DNA of 64,000 nt, taken from positions 19,175 through 83,174 of the forward strand of contig URFQ01000002.1 of NCBI GenBank assembly GCA_900547195.1, in the 5' to 3' direction. Made by a program: the position numbers and the translations under genes. Shown one piece after another: positions 20,760-31,167 of the stretch. This stretch comes from an uncultured Butyricicoccus sp. (lineage in GTDB: Bacteria > Bacillota > Clostridia > Oscillospirales > Butyricicoccaceae). Position 1 is the first letter of the stretch; every line of letters begins with the position of its first letter. The notes beneath the pieces are model-generated. The model searched no databases. It was not told the origin of the DNA and worked only from the letters and a program-made list of their open reading frames with translations.

Positions 20760-21797
20760 ATGGAAACCATGCAGGCGGCAGTTTTCAAAGGCAACGGCGT
20801 GCTGGAGGTTCAGGAGGTCGAAATTCCCAAAATCCGGCGTCCCGATCAGGTGCTGATCCAAGTCCGGGCCGCTGGTATCTGCGGCAGCGACCTCCACGCG
20901 CTGCGCGTACCGCCTGGACTCGAAATCCCCACGGGCATTGTACTTGGCCATGAATTCTACGGCACGATCGTCGAGGCCGGCGCCGATGTAAGACGGTACC
21001 GGGCGGGCGATACTGTGGTCGTCGATCCGTGCGTGCCATGCGGCGAATGCTGGGAATGCCGGCACGGGATGGGCTACCTGTGCTCAGAAAAACGGCATTA
21101 CGGCCAGACCTGCGACGGCGCGTTCGCGCAGTATGTGGTCGTGGAAGCCAGCCAGCTCCATCGCGTGCCTGCGGACATTGACCCGGACGCGGCGGCGCAG
21201 GCCGAACCGCTTGCCTGTATCCTGTGCGGCATTGAGATGCTGAGCCCAAAACCGACCGACCATATCCTGCTCTATGGGGCGGGCCCGATCGGCCTGACCT
21301 TCATCCGGGCATTGAAGGCCTATGGCGTCAAGCATCTCGCCGTGGTTGCCAAGGGCGCGGCACGCATCGCGGAGGCCAAGCGCTGCGGCGCTGAATTTGT
21401 CATCGACATGAAGGACGGCGGGGTAGAGGAGGCGCTTTTCGCGCACTGGGACGAACCTGCCGACATTGTGATCGATGCAGCCGGCGCAGGTTCGGTGCTT
21501 ACCGAAGCGGTTCACCTGCTGCATACTCGCGGCCGCGTCCTGCTGTTTGGCTACAACGAGCACGCCCGTGCTGAAATCCCGCCGTCGCTGGTGACAGCCA
21601 GGGAAATCCAGATTATGGGCGTGCTCGGCAAGGCCTTTCCTTCCGCAATTGCGCTGCTGGAGGACGAACGGCTTGGGCTGGCGCAGTTCGTTTCCCACCG
21701 TATGCCGCTCACAGAGATCGGCCGCGGCATAGAGCTGCTGATGAAGAAGCAAGCCACCCGCGTCATTCTTTACCCAAACGGCGGCATTCCGGAATAA
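20760..21797 (+). CDS. Zn-dependent alcohol/polyol dehydrogenase (MDR family)
   Basis: GICGSDLH, GHEFYG, CGECWECRHG...C, GAGPIG. Confidence 0.9.
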   Translation: METMQAAVFKGNGVLEVQEVEIPKIRRPDQVLIQVRAAGICGSDLHALRVPPGLEIPTGIVLGHEFYGTIVEAGADVRRYRAGDTVVVDPCVPCGECWECRHGMGYLCSEKRHYGQTCDGAFAQYVVVEASQLHRVPADIDPDAAAQAEPLACILCGIEMLSPKPTDHILLYGAGPIGLTFIRALKAYGVKHLAVVAKGAARIAEAKRCGAEFVIDMKDGGVEEALFAHWDEPADIVIDAAGAGSVLTEAVHLLHTRGRVLLFGYNEHARAEIPPSLVTAREIQIMGVLGKAFPSAIALLEDERLGLAQFVSHRMPLTEIGRGIELLMKKQATRVILYPNGGIPE

Positions 21798-21800
21798 TCC

Positions 21801-21836
21801 AAAAAAAGACAGGCGCTTTGCACGCCTGTCTTTTTT
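21801..21836. terminator. Rho-independent terminator
   Basis: aaaaaagacaggcg-ctttgca-cgcctgtctttttt. Confidence 0.8.
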
Positions 21837-21888
21837 GCGCCCGGATTTGGGAATTTGAAACGAAATTGTGAATAAATTTTTGTGGGGG

Positions 21889-21948
21889 TTGACAATAAAA
21901 AAACAGAGCCGTATAATGAATCATGCTTCCGACCGACCAGCCGGTCGG
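21889..21948 (+). promoter_or_regulatory. Consensus sigmaA promoter of the RND operon with a TetR-type operator
   Basis: ttgaca-N17-tataat (21889-21917); palindrome ccgaccg-N6-cggtcgg (21929-21948); the operon ends in a TetR gene. Confidence 0.75.
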
Positions 21949-22024
21949 CGAATGGAAAACTGTATGGTATTTGAGAGATGATACCGGCCGCCTGGGATCG
22001 GGCGGCGTTTCAAGTGGAGGTTCT

Positions 22025-23329
22025 ATGAAAAAGCAAGTGATCAGCGCAGCGCTGGCGGCAGCGCTCACGGCAGGAGCCTGCGCGCCCGCGCAGGCAGCGG
22101 GCGGACCGCAGGCTGCCGGGACGCTGGGAGGTACCGCAGCGCTGCTGTTTGCCGTCCGCACGGCTGCGGATACGGCGGGCGCACCGTCTGCGCCGCCGGT
22201 GCAGCAGTCCAAGCCCATGGGGCTGACCGGCCTGGAGCGCACAGTGCGGGAAAATAACCCGACCATTAAATCCCTGCAAAAAATGGTCGCCAGCTTGGGG
22301 TCGATGTCGGCCGCCTCGCAGGATGTCAGCCAGATTCAGGGCGCGGTACAGGGGTATGAGGCCATGATCCAGTCCCTCAAGGACGCCTGCAAGGGGCTGG
22401 AGGAAACCGATCCGCTGTACATAACCTATCAGGAGCAGATCAAGGTGCTGCAAAACAACGTGAACAGCCTGAGCGGTACGCTGGCCAGCCTGCCCCTTGT
22501 TGCGGAGGCCACGCAGGACGCTTACGACGAGGCGGCATACAGCCTGCGCAAACAGGCAGGCTATGCGGCGGATCAGCTGTGTTCCGGCGCGGAAAGCATG
22601 ATGATCGGCATCAAAACTCTGGAATATACACATGGCGGGCTAGTGCGTACGCTGGATGCGCTGGACCGCCGGCTTGCCGTGCTCAAGATCCAGGCCGACC
22701 GGGGGATGATCAGTTCACTGACCTATGAAAACGCGCAGACCCAGCGCATCAAGCTTGCCGCAAACATCCAGACCCTGGAAACCCAGCGGAATAGCCTGGC
22801 GTCCAGCCTGGCGCTGATGTGCGGCTACAGCGCAGATACGGTGATTGAGCCATCCGGCCTGCCCGAAATTGGGGCGCGCGACATCAATAAAATGAAATAT
22901 GAGGCCGACCTCGACGAAGCGCTGAAAAACAGCTATACGCTCTGGCAGAAACAGGATGCTGTGCGCACGGCGGCAAATAAAAAGGACAACAACATCAGCG
23001 GGACGACCGAAAGCTACGAAGCTGCGCAGGCAGAGCTGGCCGCGGCCGAGGAAAGCCTCACTGCCGGGTTCCGGCAGATTTATGATGCCGTGGGGAATAA
23101 GCAGCGGCTGGTAACCGCGGCCGAATCGGCCGCTGAAAAGGCAGCGTCTGATCTGGAGGTGAGCCGTGTAAAATATGAGCTTGGCACACTTTCGAAGCTG
23201 GATTATCAGCAGGCGCAGGACGATCTGGCAGAGGCGCAGGATGCGGTGACCACTGCAAAAATAAACCTGCTTTCAGCATATCAAACCTATCAATGGGCGA
23301 AAAAAGGCCTGATTTCGACGGGTTCATAA
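22025..23329 (+). CDS. TolC-family (OEP-like) helical protein, paralog 1
   Basis: Signal peptide, coiled coils, OEP-like motifs RGMISSLTY and KYELGTLSKLDY; upstream of adaptor and RND genes. Confidence 0.7.
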   Translation: MKKQVISAALAAALTAGACAPAQAAGGPQAAGTLGGTAALLFAVRTAADTAGAPSAPPVQQSKPMGLTGLERTVRENNPTIKSLQKMVASLGSMSAASQDVSQIQGAVQGYEAMIQSLKDACKGLEETDPLYITYQEQIKVLQNNVNSLSGTLASLPLVAEATQDAYDEAAYSLRKQAGYAADQLCSGAESMMIGIKTLEYTHGGLVRTLDALDRRLAVLKIQADRGMISSLTYENAQTQRIKLAANIQTLETQRNSLASSLALMCGYSADTVIEPSGLPEIGARDINKMKYEADLDEALKNSYTLWQKQDAVRTAANKKDNNISGTTESYEAAQAELAAAEESLTAGFRQIYDAVGNKQRLVTAAESAAEKAASDLEVSRVKYELGTLSKLDYQQAQDDLAEAQDAVTTAKINLLSAYQTYQWAKKGLISTGS

Positions 23330-23346
23330 AGAGGAGGGCATTACAT

Positions 23347-24657
23347 ATGGACAAAAGAATCACCGGCGCCGTATTGGCGGCCGCGCTGGCCGCAGGCCTG
23401 TGCGCGCCTGCGCAGGCGATAGCCGCCGCGCCCGGCGCCGCGGTCTGCATGACGGCCGCCGCTGCGCTGCAGCGCGTGTCCAGCCGGGTGGACAGCACGG
23501 CGGCTCCGGGCGTTCAGGGCAGCACGCTGGCCTTTTCTGATGTGGAGCGCGTGGTGCGCGCAAAAAACACCTCGATTCAGGCGTTCCACCAGACGCTCGC
23601 CGGCGTGGGCGCTACCGACGTGGGCGAGAGCTATATTGAGCAGTATGCAAATCTGGGAGAGCAGATTGCCGGTTATCAGGATCAGATTAAGGATTTGGAA
23701 AAATCGATCAAAAGATTACAGGCCGACAACGACGACGGCAAGAACGACGCCCTGATCCGCACGCTGCGCGCGCAGAAATCCTCGCTCGAAGCTTCGCTGA
23801 AATCGGTACAGAGTTCCTATAAAGAGCTTGGGGACAGCGAGGATGATGCCGAGGACGATCTCAAAGTGACCTACAACAGCACCGAGCGCCAGCTCGGCAA
23901 CGCGGCCGATCAGATTGTCATGGGTGCGGAGACCTCCTATATTTCTCTCAAGACGCTGGACAACACGGTTGCAGAGCTCGACCGCAACCTCGCGGCGCTC
24001 GACCGCAGCATTGCCACCGTTCAGGCTCAGATCCGCCTGGGCGCGGCCACTCAGCTCGACCTGCTGGCATTGCAGACACAGCGGGAAAGCCTGAGCGCCA
24101 ATCGCCAGACCCTGATTACCCAGCGGCAGAGCCTCAAAAACAGCCTCGCCATCCTGTGCGGCTACGGTGTGGGCGAAACGGTGGAGGTTGGCAGCCTGCC
24201 GGACGTCACAGCGGCTCAGATCGCAGCGATGGATTACGAGAAGGATTTGGCTGAGGCCCTCAAAAACAGCTACTCCATCTGGGAGAAGGAAGACGCGGTG
24301 CGGTCGGCAAACGACGATTATGAGGACAACAAAACGACCACCATGCACGCCATCGAGGCCGCCAAAATCGATCTTGCGGCACAGAAGGAAACGGTGACGA
24401 ATTCGTTCCGGCAGCTGTACCATGCGGTCAAGGACAAGAGTACCCTGTACGACAGCGCCGTGGCTTCCGCGACGCAGGAGGCCAAGAATTTCAAAGTCAG
24501 CGAGCTGCAATATCAGCGCGGTGCGCTTTCGAAAAATGAATACGAAACCGCGAAGGACAGCCTTGCCGACGCGGAGCAGGCGGAAGCGACCGCAAAGATC
24601 GAGCTGTTTACCGCATATCATACCTATCAGTGGGCCAAACGCGGTGTGATGAGCTAA
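23347..24657 (+). CDS. TolC-family (OEP-like) helical protein, paralog 2
   Basis: Similar to the preceding gene (ALKNSYSIW, YQWAKRG); LGAATQLDL, QYQRGALSKNEY. Confidence 0.7.
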   Translation: MDKRITGAVLAAALAAGLCAPAQAIAAAPGAAVCMTAAAALQRVSSRVDSTAAPGVQGSTLAFSDVERVVRAKNTSIQAFHQTLAGVGATDVGESYIEQYANLGEQIAGYQDQIKDLEKSIKRLQADNDDGKNDALIRTLRAQKSSLEASLKSVQSSYKELGDSEDDAEDDLKVTYNSTERQLGNAADQIVMGAETSYISLKTLDNTVAELDRNLAALDRSIATVQAQIRLGAATQLDLLALQTQRESLSANRQTLITQRQSLKNSLAILCGYGVGETVEVGSLPDVTAAQIAAMDYEKDLAEALKNSYSIWEKEDAVRSANDDYEDNKTTTMHAIEAAKIDLAAQKETVTNSFRQLYHAVKDKSTLYDSAVASATQEAKNFKVSELQYQRGALSKNEYETAKDSLADAEQAEATAKIELFTAYHTYQWAKRGVMS

Positions 24658-24705
24658 TCTGCTATCCAATAGATTTTTCGATACAGAACCGGAGGAAAAT
24701 GGAAT

Positions 24706-25959
24706 ATGAAGCAAAAACGTATTGTGGCGGGCGTGCTGGCCTGCCTGCTGCTTGCCGGCATGGCCGGCTGCGGCAAAAAGGGCGACACATCCGAAGAGGA
24801 AACCGTGCAGGGCACTGCGGTGGAGGTGCAGGAGGTTGCCACCGGCGAAATGGCGGCCCAGTCGTCCCTGGCCGGCACAGTGACGGCCAAAAACTCGGTG
24901 CAGGTGTTCCCGCTGCTCGCGGGCAACGTCACGGCGCTCAATGTCGCGGCGGGGGACACGGTCGCGCAGGGGCAGGTGCTGTTCCAGGTGGATACGTCCA
25001 CGGTGACGAGCACCTACAGCTCGCTCCAGCAGAGCTACAACGCCACCAAGGCCACCACCGACCAGGCGATTGCCACCGCGCAGCTCGGCGTACAGAATGC
25101 GCAGATTGCGCTTGATCAGGCGAACACGGCCTACGAAAATACCAAGGCGCTGCATGAGGCGGGCGCGGCGTCCGATCAGCAGCTGACAACCGCTTCGCAG
25201 GGCGTGCAGCAGGCGCAGGCCTCCTTGCAGCAGGCACAGGTGGGCGTCAAGCAGGCGCAGGCCTCCCAGCAGGCTTCGCTCGCGCAGATCCAGGCTTCAA
25301 TGGATCAGATCCAAGCGCAGGCAGGGCAGGGCACGGTGACTGCGCCGTGCTCCGGCCTGGTGACAAACGTCAACATTGAGCGCGGCGGCATGGCGGCGCA
25401 GGCACAGCCTGCGGTTGTGATCGCGGAGGGTGGCAACATCGAAGTGACGGTATCGGTCAGCGAAACCATCCTCCCCGGCCTGCACATTGGCGACAAAGCG
25501 ACGGTGACGGTCCAGTCGGTATCTGCCGACCCCTTCGATGCAACGATTGCAACCATTGCGGCCGCGGCAAACGCGCAGACCAAACTGTATGATATCACAC
25601 TGACGCTGCCTGCGGACATGAAGCCGGCCATCGGTACGTTTGCAAACGTGATTCTGTATACCGACCAGCGAGCGGACGCGGTCTATGTACCGACCGAAGC
25701 GATTCTCACCGACGGAGATACCCAGTATGTCTTCATCACGACCGACGAACGCCCGGAAACCGATGAAAAGAAGAGCGACGTGGGCGTGGGCGACGGCCCG
25801 TGGGCGAAAAAGGTCATCATTACAACCGGCCTGGTTGGCGACGGCATCACCGAAGTGACCGAAGGCCTTGCCGGCGGCGAGACCCTGGTGGTTAAGGGAC
25901 AGAGCTACCTCTCCGACGGCAGCCTTGTGCGCGTTGTATCCGGGGAGGATGACGCATGA
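24706..25959 (+). CDS. RND efflux adaptor (MFP) lipoprotein
   Basis: Lipobox MAGC, GDTVAQGQVLF, TVTAPCSGLV, GETLVVKGQ. Confidence 0.9.
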   Translation: MKQKRIVAGVLACLLLAGMAGCGKKGDTSEEETVQGTAVEVQEVATGEMAAQSSLAGTVTAKNSVQVFPLLAGNVTALNVAAGDTVAQGQVLFQVDTSTVTSTYSSLQQSYNATKATTDQAIATAQLGVQNAQIALDQANTAYENTKALHEAGAASDQQLTTASQGVQQAQASLQQAQVGVKQAQASQQASLAQIQASMDQIQAQAGQGTVTAPCSGLVTNVNIERGGMAAQAQPAVVIAEGGNIEVTVSVSETILPGLHIGDKATVTVQSVSADPFDATIATIAAAANAQTKLYDITLTLPADMKPAIGTFANVILYTDQRADAVYVPTEAILTDGDTQYVFITTDERPETDEKKSDVGVGDGPWAKKVIITTGLVGDGITEVTEGLAGGETLVVKGQSYLSDGSLVRVVSGEDDA

Positions 25960-28900
25960 AAATCGCAGACTTTTGTATCAAGCACCGTGTCATGACCATC
26001 TTGGCGTTCGTCATGGTCGTTATCTTTGGCGCGATGAGCTTCGGCGCGTTGCCGCTGGCGCTTATGCCGGATATGGACCTGCCGGTGGCGCTCGTCATGA
26101 CCACCTACGCGGGCGCCGGTCCGGAGGAGATTGAAAACCTGGTCACCAAGCCGGTTGAGTCGGCCTGCGCCAGCCTTGCCGGCCTGGATACCCTGCGTTC
26201 GACTTCACAGGAAAATATGTCGCTGGTCATCGTGACGTTCGACTATGGCACAGACATGGACCAGACGCTGATTGATATGCGCGACAAGATCGACCGCATC
26301 AAGTCCACCCTGCCGGATGACGCCGATTCGCCGACGGTCCTCAAGATGGATATGGATTCCATGCCGGTTGTCATGATCGGCCTTAAGGGCAACGATTTGG
26401 CGCAGATGCAGTCCATCGCGGACGATGACATCGCCCCGCGCCTGGAGCGCATCGACGGCGTGGCGTCGGTCGAGGTCACGGGCGGCTATGAAAACGAGGT
26501 GGCCATTGAGGCCTATACCGACCGCTGCGAGGGCTACGGCATCTCGTTGTCCTACATTGGCCAGATGCTGGCCGCCGACAACGTCGCCATGCCGGCTGGC
26601 GAGGTGCAGAACGGCACTCAGAAGCTGTCCGTGCGCGTGGATGGCGAATACAGCGCGGCCGAGGATGTAGAAAACGCCCTCATTCTCCTGCCGACCGGCG
26701 GCAGCGTGCGTCTCGGCGAGATCGCCAAGGTCACAATGAAGCCAAAGGATCAGGAGTCAATCGCCAAGGTAGATGGCGAGCCGTGCATCATGATCTCGGT
26801 CACCAAGCAGTCTGGCACCAACACCGTAAAGGTTGCCGAGAGTGCCCACGCAGCCATGGAAGAGCTGGCCTCGGGCAACCCGGCCATCAACTACACCCTG
26901 CTGATGGATCAGTCGGACTACATCAATATGACGGTCGATAACACCATCCAGAACATCGTCGTCGGCGTCGTCTTTGCCGCCATCGTTCTGCTTGTATTCC
27001 TGCGCGACCTGAGCGCGACCGCGGTCATTTCGGTCTCGATGCCGGTGTGTATCGTTTCGGTCTTCCTCATTATGAACGCGCTTGGCATCACGCTGAACAT
27101 GATGTCGCTCGGCGGCCTGGCGCTTGGCGTTGGCATGATCGTGGATAACTCCATCGTTGTTTTGGAGAATATTTTCCGTTTTCGTTCAGATGGCTTTAGC
27201 CGCTGGGATTCATGTACCAAGGGCGCGGCCGAGGTGTCGCTGTCCATCGTCGGCGGCACCCTGACTACCATCGCGGTCTTCCTTCCCATTGGCCTGGCCG
27301 ACGGTATGGTCGGCATGATGTTCCGTGAGTTCTGTATCACGATCTGCTCATTGCTGGGCGCGTCGCTGTTTATCGCGCTGACTTTCGTGCCGCTGATGTG
27401 CTACATCACGCTCGACCGCGGAAAGCGCAAGCTGCGCATGACGAACGATCAGGGCGATCTTGGACACAAGCCGCTTATGCGCAAATATACCAGCCTGCTG
27501 CGCTTCCTGCTGCATAAGCGCCTGCTGACGCTCATCGTTTCGGTCGCATTTGTGGTTGTCGCACTCATTGGCACAGCCATGTCCGGCTTTGAGCTGTCGC
27601 CGGAGATGGATCAGGGGCAGATCTCGATTGACGTTGGGATGCCGATTGGTTCGGAAATGGAGGAGACCGCAGCCATCGAGGATCGAATCGCTCGGATTGT
27701 CGAGGACACGGTGCCCGAGCTGGATACCCTGTACTACAGTACCGGCGCCAGCTCCAGCCTGATGTCCAGCGGCAGCAGCGTCACGGTGATGCTGGTCGAT
27801 CTGGAGGACCGCGACCGCTCGTCACAGGAGATTGCAAACGCGCTGCGTGAAAACCTTGCCGATATCGCGGGCTGCGACCTGTCGGTCTCCACATCCTCGA
27901 CCACGGGTTCCATGTCGGGCAGCGCCATCAGCCTGACGCTGTCGGGGGATGATTATGACGAGCTGGTGGCCACTGGCGATGAGCTTGTCGATCGCATCTC
28001 GGCCCTGCCGGACGCGATTGAGGTCAGTTCTTCCGCATCCGACGAGGAGCCGCGCGTCAGCGTCAAGATCAACCGCGACAACGCGACCCGCTTTGGGCTG
28101 ACTGCCGCGACGATTGGCTCGGCGGTGCGCGGCCAGATCTATGGCTCGACTTCCACCACGCTCAAGATCAGCGGCGATGAATACGACATCACCGTGCGCG
28201 GCGACGAGGTCTCCAAGGCGAACCTCGACGCTCTCAAGGCCATGCTTGTGCCGACCTCGACCGGCGGCTCGGTGCCGCTGAGCCTGGTTGCAGACGTTTC
28301 CACCGAGCTGGCGCCGCAGACCATCGCGCGCGAAAACCAGACCCGTACCATTACGATCGAGGGCGACAGCCTTTCGGAAGACACTGTGGGCCTCAACCAG
28401 CAGGTGCAGGAGATTCTCAATCATTATGAGATGCCGCAGGGCGTCACGCTGGAAAGCGGCGGCGAGATGGAGGATATGGTGGAATCGTTCAGTTCGCTGT
28501 TGACCGCGCTGGCCGTCGCGCTTGCGCTCGTCTACTTCATCCTCGCCAGCCAGTTTGAGTCCTTCGTCATGCCGGTCATCATCATGATGATCCTGCCGGT
28601 TTCGCTGTTCGGTTCAACCCTGTGTCTCGGCCTTACCGGCAGCAAGATCTCCATGGTCTCTCTGCTCGGCGTCATCATCCTGGCCGGCACGGTCGTAAAC
28701 TCGCCGATCGTCCTCATTGACTATATCGAAACCCGCCGCAAGCACTATGGCGAGGACAAGGAAAACGCCATCCTCAACGCCTGCCCGCGCCGTGTGCGCC
28801 CGGTGCTCATGACCGCGATGACAACCATCCTTGGTATGGTGCCTATGATTGTGGATACCGGAGAAGGTTCGGAGATGATGCGCCCCATGGCGATTGTCAT

Positions 28901-29066
28901 GATTGCAGGTATGATTCTGTCGACCATTGTGACGCTGGTTTTCACCCCGGTATACTATTCGCTGATTGACAGCCTGACGGCGCGTTTTCAGCGAAAGCAT
29001 CCGCCGCAGGATCCGCATGACGACATTCCCGGCGCACAGCTTCCGGAGGAGGTGGCTGCGCCGTGA
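25956..29066 (+). CDS. RND efflux permease (AcrB/SwrC family)
   Basis: 1036 aa; GMIVDNSIVVLENI, RVRPVLMTAMTTILGMVP. Confidence 0.95.
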   Translation: MKIADFCIKHRVMTILAFVMVVIFGAMSFGALPLALMPDMDLPVALVMTTYAGAGPEEIENLVTKPVESACASLAGLDTLRSTSQENMSLVIVTFDYGTDMDQTLIDMRDKIDRIKSTLPDDADSPTVLKMDMDSMPVVMIGLKGNDLAQMQSIADDDIAPRLERIDGVASVEVTGGYENEVAIEAYTDRCEGYGISLSYIGQMLAADNVAMPAGEVQNGTQKLSVRVDGEYSAAEDVENALILLPTGGSVRLGEIAKVTMKPKDQESIAKVDGEPCIMISVTKQSGTNTVKVAESAHAAMEELASGNPAINYTLLMDQSDYINMTVDNTIQNIVVGVVFAAIVLLVFLRDLSATAVISVSMPVCIVSVFLIMNALGITLNMMSLGGLALGVGMIVDNSIVVLENIFRFRSDGFSRWDSCTKGAAEVSLSIVGGTLTTIAVFLPIGLADGMVGMMFREFCITICSLLGASLFIALTFVPLMCYITLDRGKRKLRMTNDQGDLGHKPLMRKYTSLLRFLLHKRLLTLIVSVAFVVVALIGTAMSGFELSPEMDQGQISIDVGMPIGSEMEETAAIEDRIARIVEDTVPELDTLYYSTGASSSLMSSGSSVTVMLVDLEDRDRSSQEIANALRENLADIAGCDLSVSTSSTTGSMSGSAISLTLSGDDYDELVATGDELVDRISALPDAIEVSSSASDEEPRVSVKINRDNATRFGLTAATIGSAVRGQIYGSTSTTLKISGDEYDITVRGDEVSKANLDALKAMLVPTSTGGSVPLSLVADVSTELAPQTIARENQTRTITIEGDSLSEDTVGLNQQVQEILNHYEMPQGVTLESGGEMEDMVESFSSLLTALAVALALVYFILASQFESFVMPVIIMMILPVSLFGSTLCLGLTGSKISMVSLLGVIILAGTVVNSPIVLIDYIETRRKHYGEDKENAILNACPRRVRPVLMTAMTTILGMVPMIVDTGEGSEMMRPMAIVMIAGMILSTIVTLVFTPVYYSLIDSLTARFQRKHPPQDPHDDIPGAQLPEEVAAP

Positions 29067-29620
29067 CCGGAATTCGGGGAACCCGCCGTGCGGATATCCT
29101 GAAGGCTGCTTGTGAGGATTTTTGCGAAAGCGGCTACGACCGCGCACGCATGGAAAACATCGCGCGGCGCGCCGGTATTGGCAAATCCACAATTTATGAA
29201 TATTTTCCATCCAAGACCGACCTGCTGGAGGCGGTTGTGGACTGGGTGCTGGAGCAGGCGTGCGCCGAACTGGAACGCATTTTCACAGCGGACACCAGTT
29301 TCCGGGAAATGGTATGCCGTTATCTGCAATTTATGCGCGTCATGATCACCAGAGCCGGGGTGGGGATGATGACCCTGCGCGGCGATCAACCAGTATTCAA
29401 AGCTGTCCATGGCCGGGCGGAACGGTTCCGTGACTTCATCATTGCAAGAATCTCGCGGGCGACCCGGCGTGCGGTCGCGCGCGGGGAGGTCTCGGAGAAA
29501 ATTGACCCGGGCGCTGCAGCCCTGCTGCTGGCCAGCGTATCGTTTTCCTTCATTTCCCCTAGTGAATGCACCATGCAGCAAATTCTTGAAGTGCTGTTTG
29601 AGGGCCTGGAGCCCCGGTAA
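29063..29620 (+). CDS. TetR/AcrR family regulator
   Basis: MENIARRAGIGKSTIYEYFPSKTDL HTH. Confidence 0.92.
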   Translation: MTGIRGTRRADILKAACEDFCESGYDRARMENIARRAGIGKSTIYEYFPSKTDLLEAVVDWVLEQACAELERIFTADTSFREMVCRYLQFMRVMITRAGVGMMTLRGDQPVFKAVHGRAERFRDFIIARISRATRRAVARGEVSEKIDPGAAALLLASVSFSFISPSECTMQQILEVLFEGLEPR

Positions 29621-29698
29621 AAAAATCCCCGTTTCATTGGAACGGGGATTTTTTGTGCAATCAAAAAGGGTTCCCGAGGCAATGGAAACCCTTTTGAG
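29619..29698. terminator. Two tandem terminator hairpins between convergent operons
   Basis: aaaaaatccccgtt...aacggggatttttt and aaaagggtt...aaccctttt. Confidence 0.7.
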
Positions 29699-29724
29699 AA
29701 AGAAAAAAATGGGGTTATGGAGTC

Positions 29725-31083
29725 TCAGCCATAGACCTTCGCCACTTCTTCGCGGGCAATCTGCACCCAGCGGGAAGCGTTTGCAGGGTTGTGGCCGAGC
29801 GTGTGGTTGTCTTTCATGAGCAGTTCGACAATATTGCCGTGCGCTTTGCAATCGGCAAGCATCTCGTGCAGATTTTTACGGATGTAATCTTCATCCGGGT
29901 GCGGCACTGCAATGTCGGTGGGACTGACCTTGTAGCAGTAAACATAGTCGCCCTTTAAAATGTCGCTCATCTTTTTCCGGTCGGCCCATTGGCTGACCGA
30001 AACGCGGCGCAGGCGCGGGATGGCTTCCTTGACGTACTCCCAGCGTTTGTCGAGGCCCTCGCAGCAGCCGTAATAGTTGAGCCCGAAACAGGACGCTAGC
30101 TCATGCTGATAAGGCAGGAAGAATTCCCTGATCATTTCCGGGGAAACCTCGCTGGTCTCCTGCGCTTCGTTGAAGCCCCACATGTCCATCAGCTTGACCT
30201 GGCCCGGTACGCCGTGCAGCTCGTCGGTAAAGCCGACGCCGCCCGAGCCGATGTACATGCTCTCGCAGTTGTTCGGCAGCAGGCCGTTCTTCTCGAGGTA
30301 GTCAAACTTCTTCAGATAGCCGTCCGTGAACAGACGCATCATGGCGTGCACCTGATCCGGATAATCGTAGAAATCGCACATCATGTTCTCCATACCGCGC
30401 AGGTTGCAATAGGAGAGCGACAGGTTGGGCGACCACCACCACTTGTGGCGGAATTCAATTTCAAGGATGCCGTCAAAAACGTCTTTTGCGAGCTCAAACG
30501 CCTTGTTTGACGCCTCCCAGTCCACGTGGATTTCCGGGGTCTTGATGTATTCTTTGAGATCCAGCTCCTCGAACTCCTCCTCCATATCCGCAAATGGGGA
30601 TTTCCAAACATAGGCTTCCCCCTTGGTCGGGTCGCCGACGCGCTCTTCTTCAATGCCCCAGCCGGTGTCGACGGCGTGGTAGGGGAGGTACAACTTGGCT
30701 TCGACCACCTTGTCGTCCTTCATGGTATCGGCCCAGTAGATCTCTTTGCGCAGCCACATTTCCCAGTCCTGCGCCATCTCGCCTTCGCACTGGATGGCCT
30801 TATCCCATGGGAAAATTTCATTCCAGCCGTTTTCGCAGTCGATGAAGATGACCGGCTGCTCGGTTTTAAGGCCGTTGTGCGCCACCCAGAGCGCCTTTTT
30901 TTCCTGCTCATAAGGGCGTTCGGCCAGTTCCCTCAGGCGGCGGCCAAGCTCCTGCAGGATGGTGCGGTCGTGATCGGATACCACGCACTGCCCGGCCTGC
31001 CAGCCGTGTACCATCAGGTTGCCGCCCTGGCCCTGGTCGATGCGGTTTGCGCCTACGAATTCATCAACGTTCATGTGTTTCAC
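29725..31083 (-). CDS. Hypothetical protein, URO-D/MtaA-like barrel family
   Basis: LRGMENMMCDFYDYPD, VSPEMIREFFLPY, YYGCCEGLD; function unknown. Confidence 0.6.
   Translation of the reverse strand: MKHMNVDEFVGANRIDQGQGGNLMVHGWQAGQCVVSDHDRTILQELGRRLRELAERPYEQEKKALWVAHNGLKTEQPVIFIDCENGWNEIFPWDKAIQCEGEMAQDWEMWLRKEIYWADTMKDDKVVEAKLYLPYHAVDTGWGIEEERVGDPTKGEAYVWKSPFADMEEEFEELDLKEYIKTPEIHVDWEASNKAFELAKDVFDGILEIEFRHKWWWSPNLSLSYCNLRGMENMMCDFYDYPDQVHAMMRLFTDGYLKKFDYLEKNGLLPNNCESMYIGSGGVGFTDELHGVPGQVKLMDMWGFNEAQETSEVSPEMIREFFLPYQHELASCFGLNYYGCCEGLDKRWEYVKEAIPRLRRVSVSQWADRKKMSDILKGDYVYCYKVSPTDIAVPHPDEDYIRKNLHEMLADCKAHGNIVELLMKDNHTLGHNPANASRWVQIAREEVAKVYG
29732..29789. repeat. 58-bp inverted repeat, copy A (3' end of the 29725-31083 gene)
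   Basis: Reverse complement matches 34768-34825 at 57/58 positions. Confidence 0.9.
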
Positions 31084-31167
31084 GGTTCCTTTCTAAGTCA
31101 TGGCCGCAAAGCGGCCGGATTTTTTAAGGGGCGGCGCCAGATGGAAAAGAGCGCCGCGCCTGAGGAT

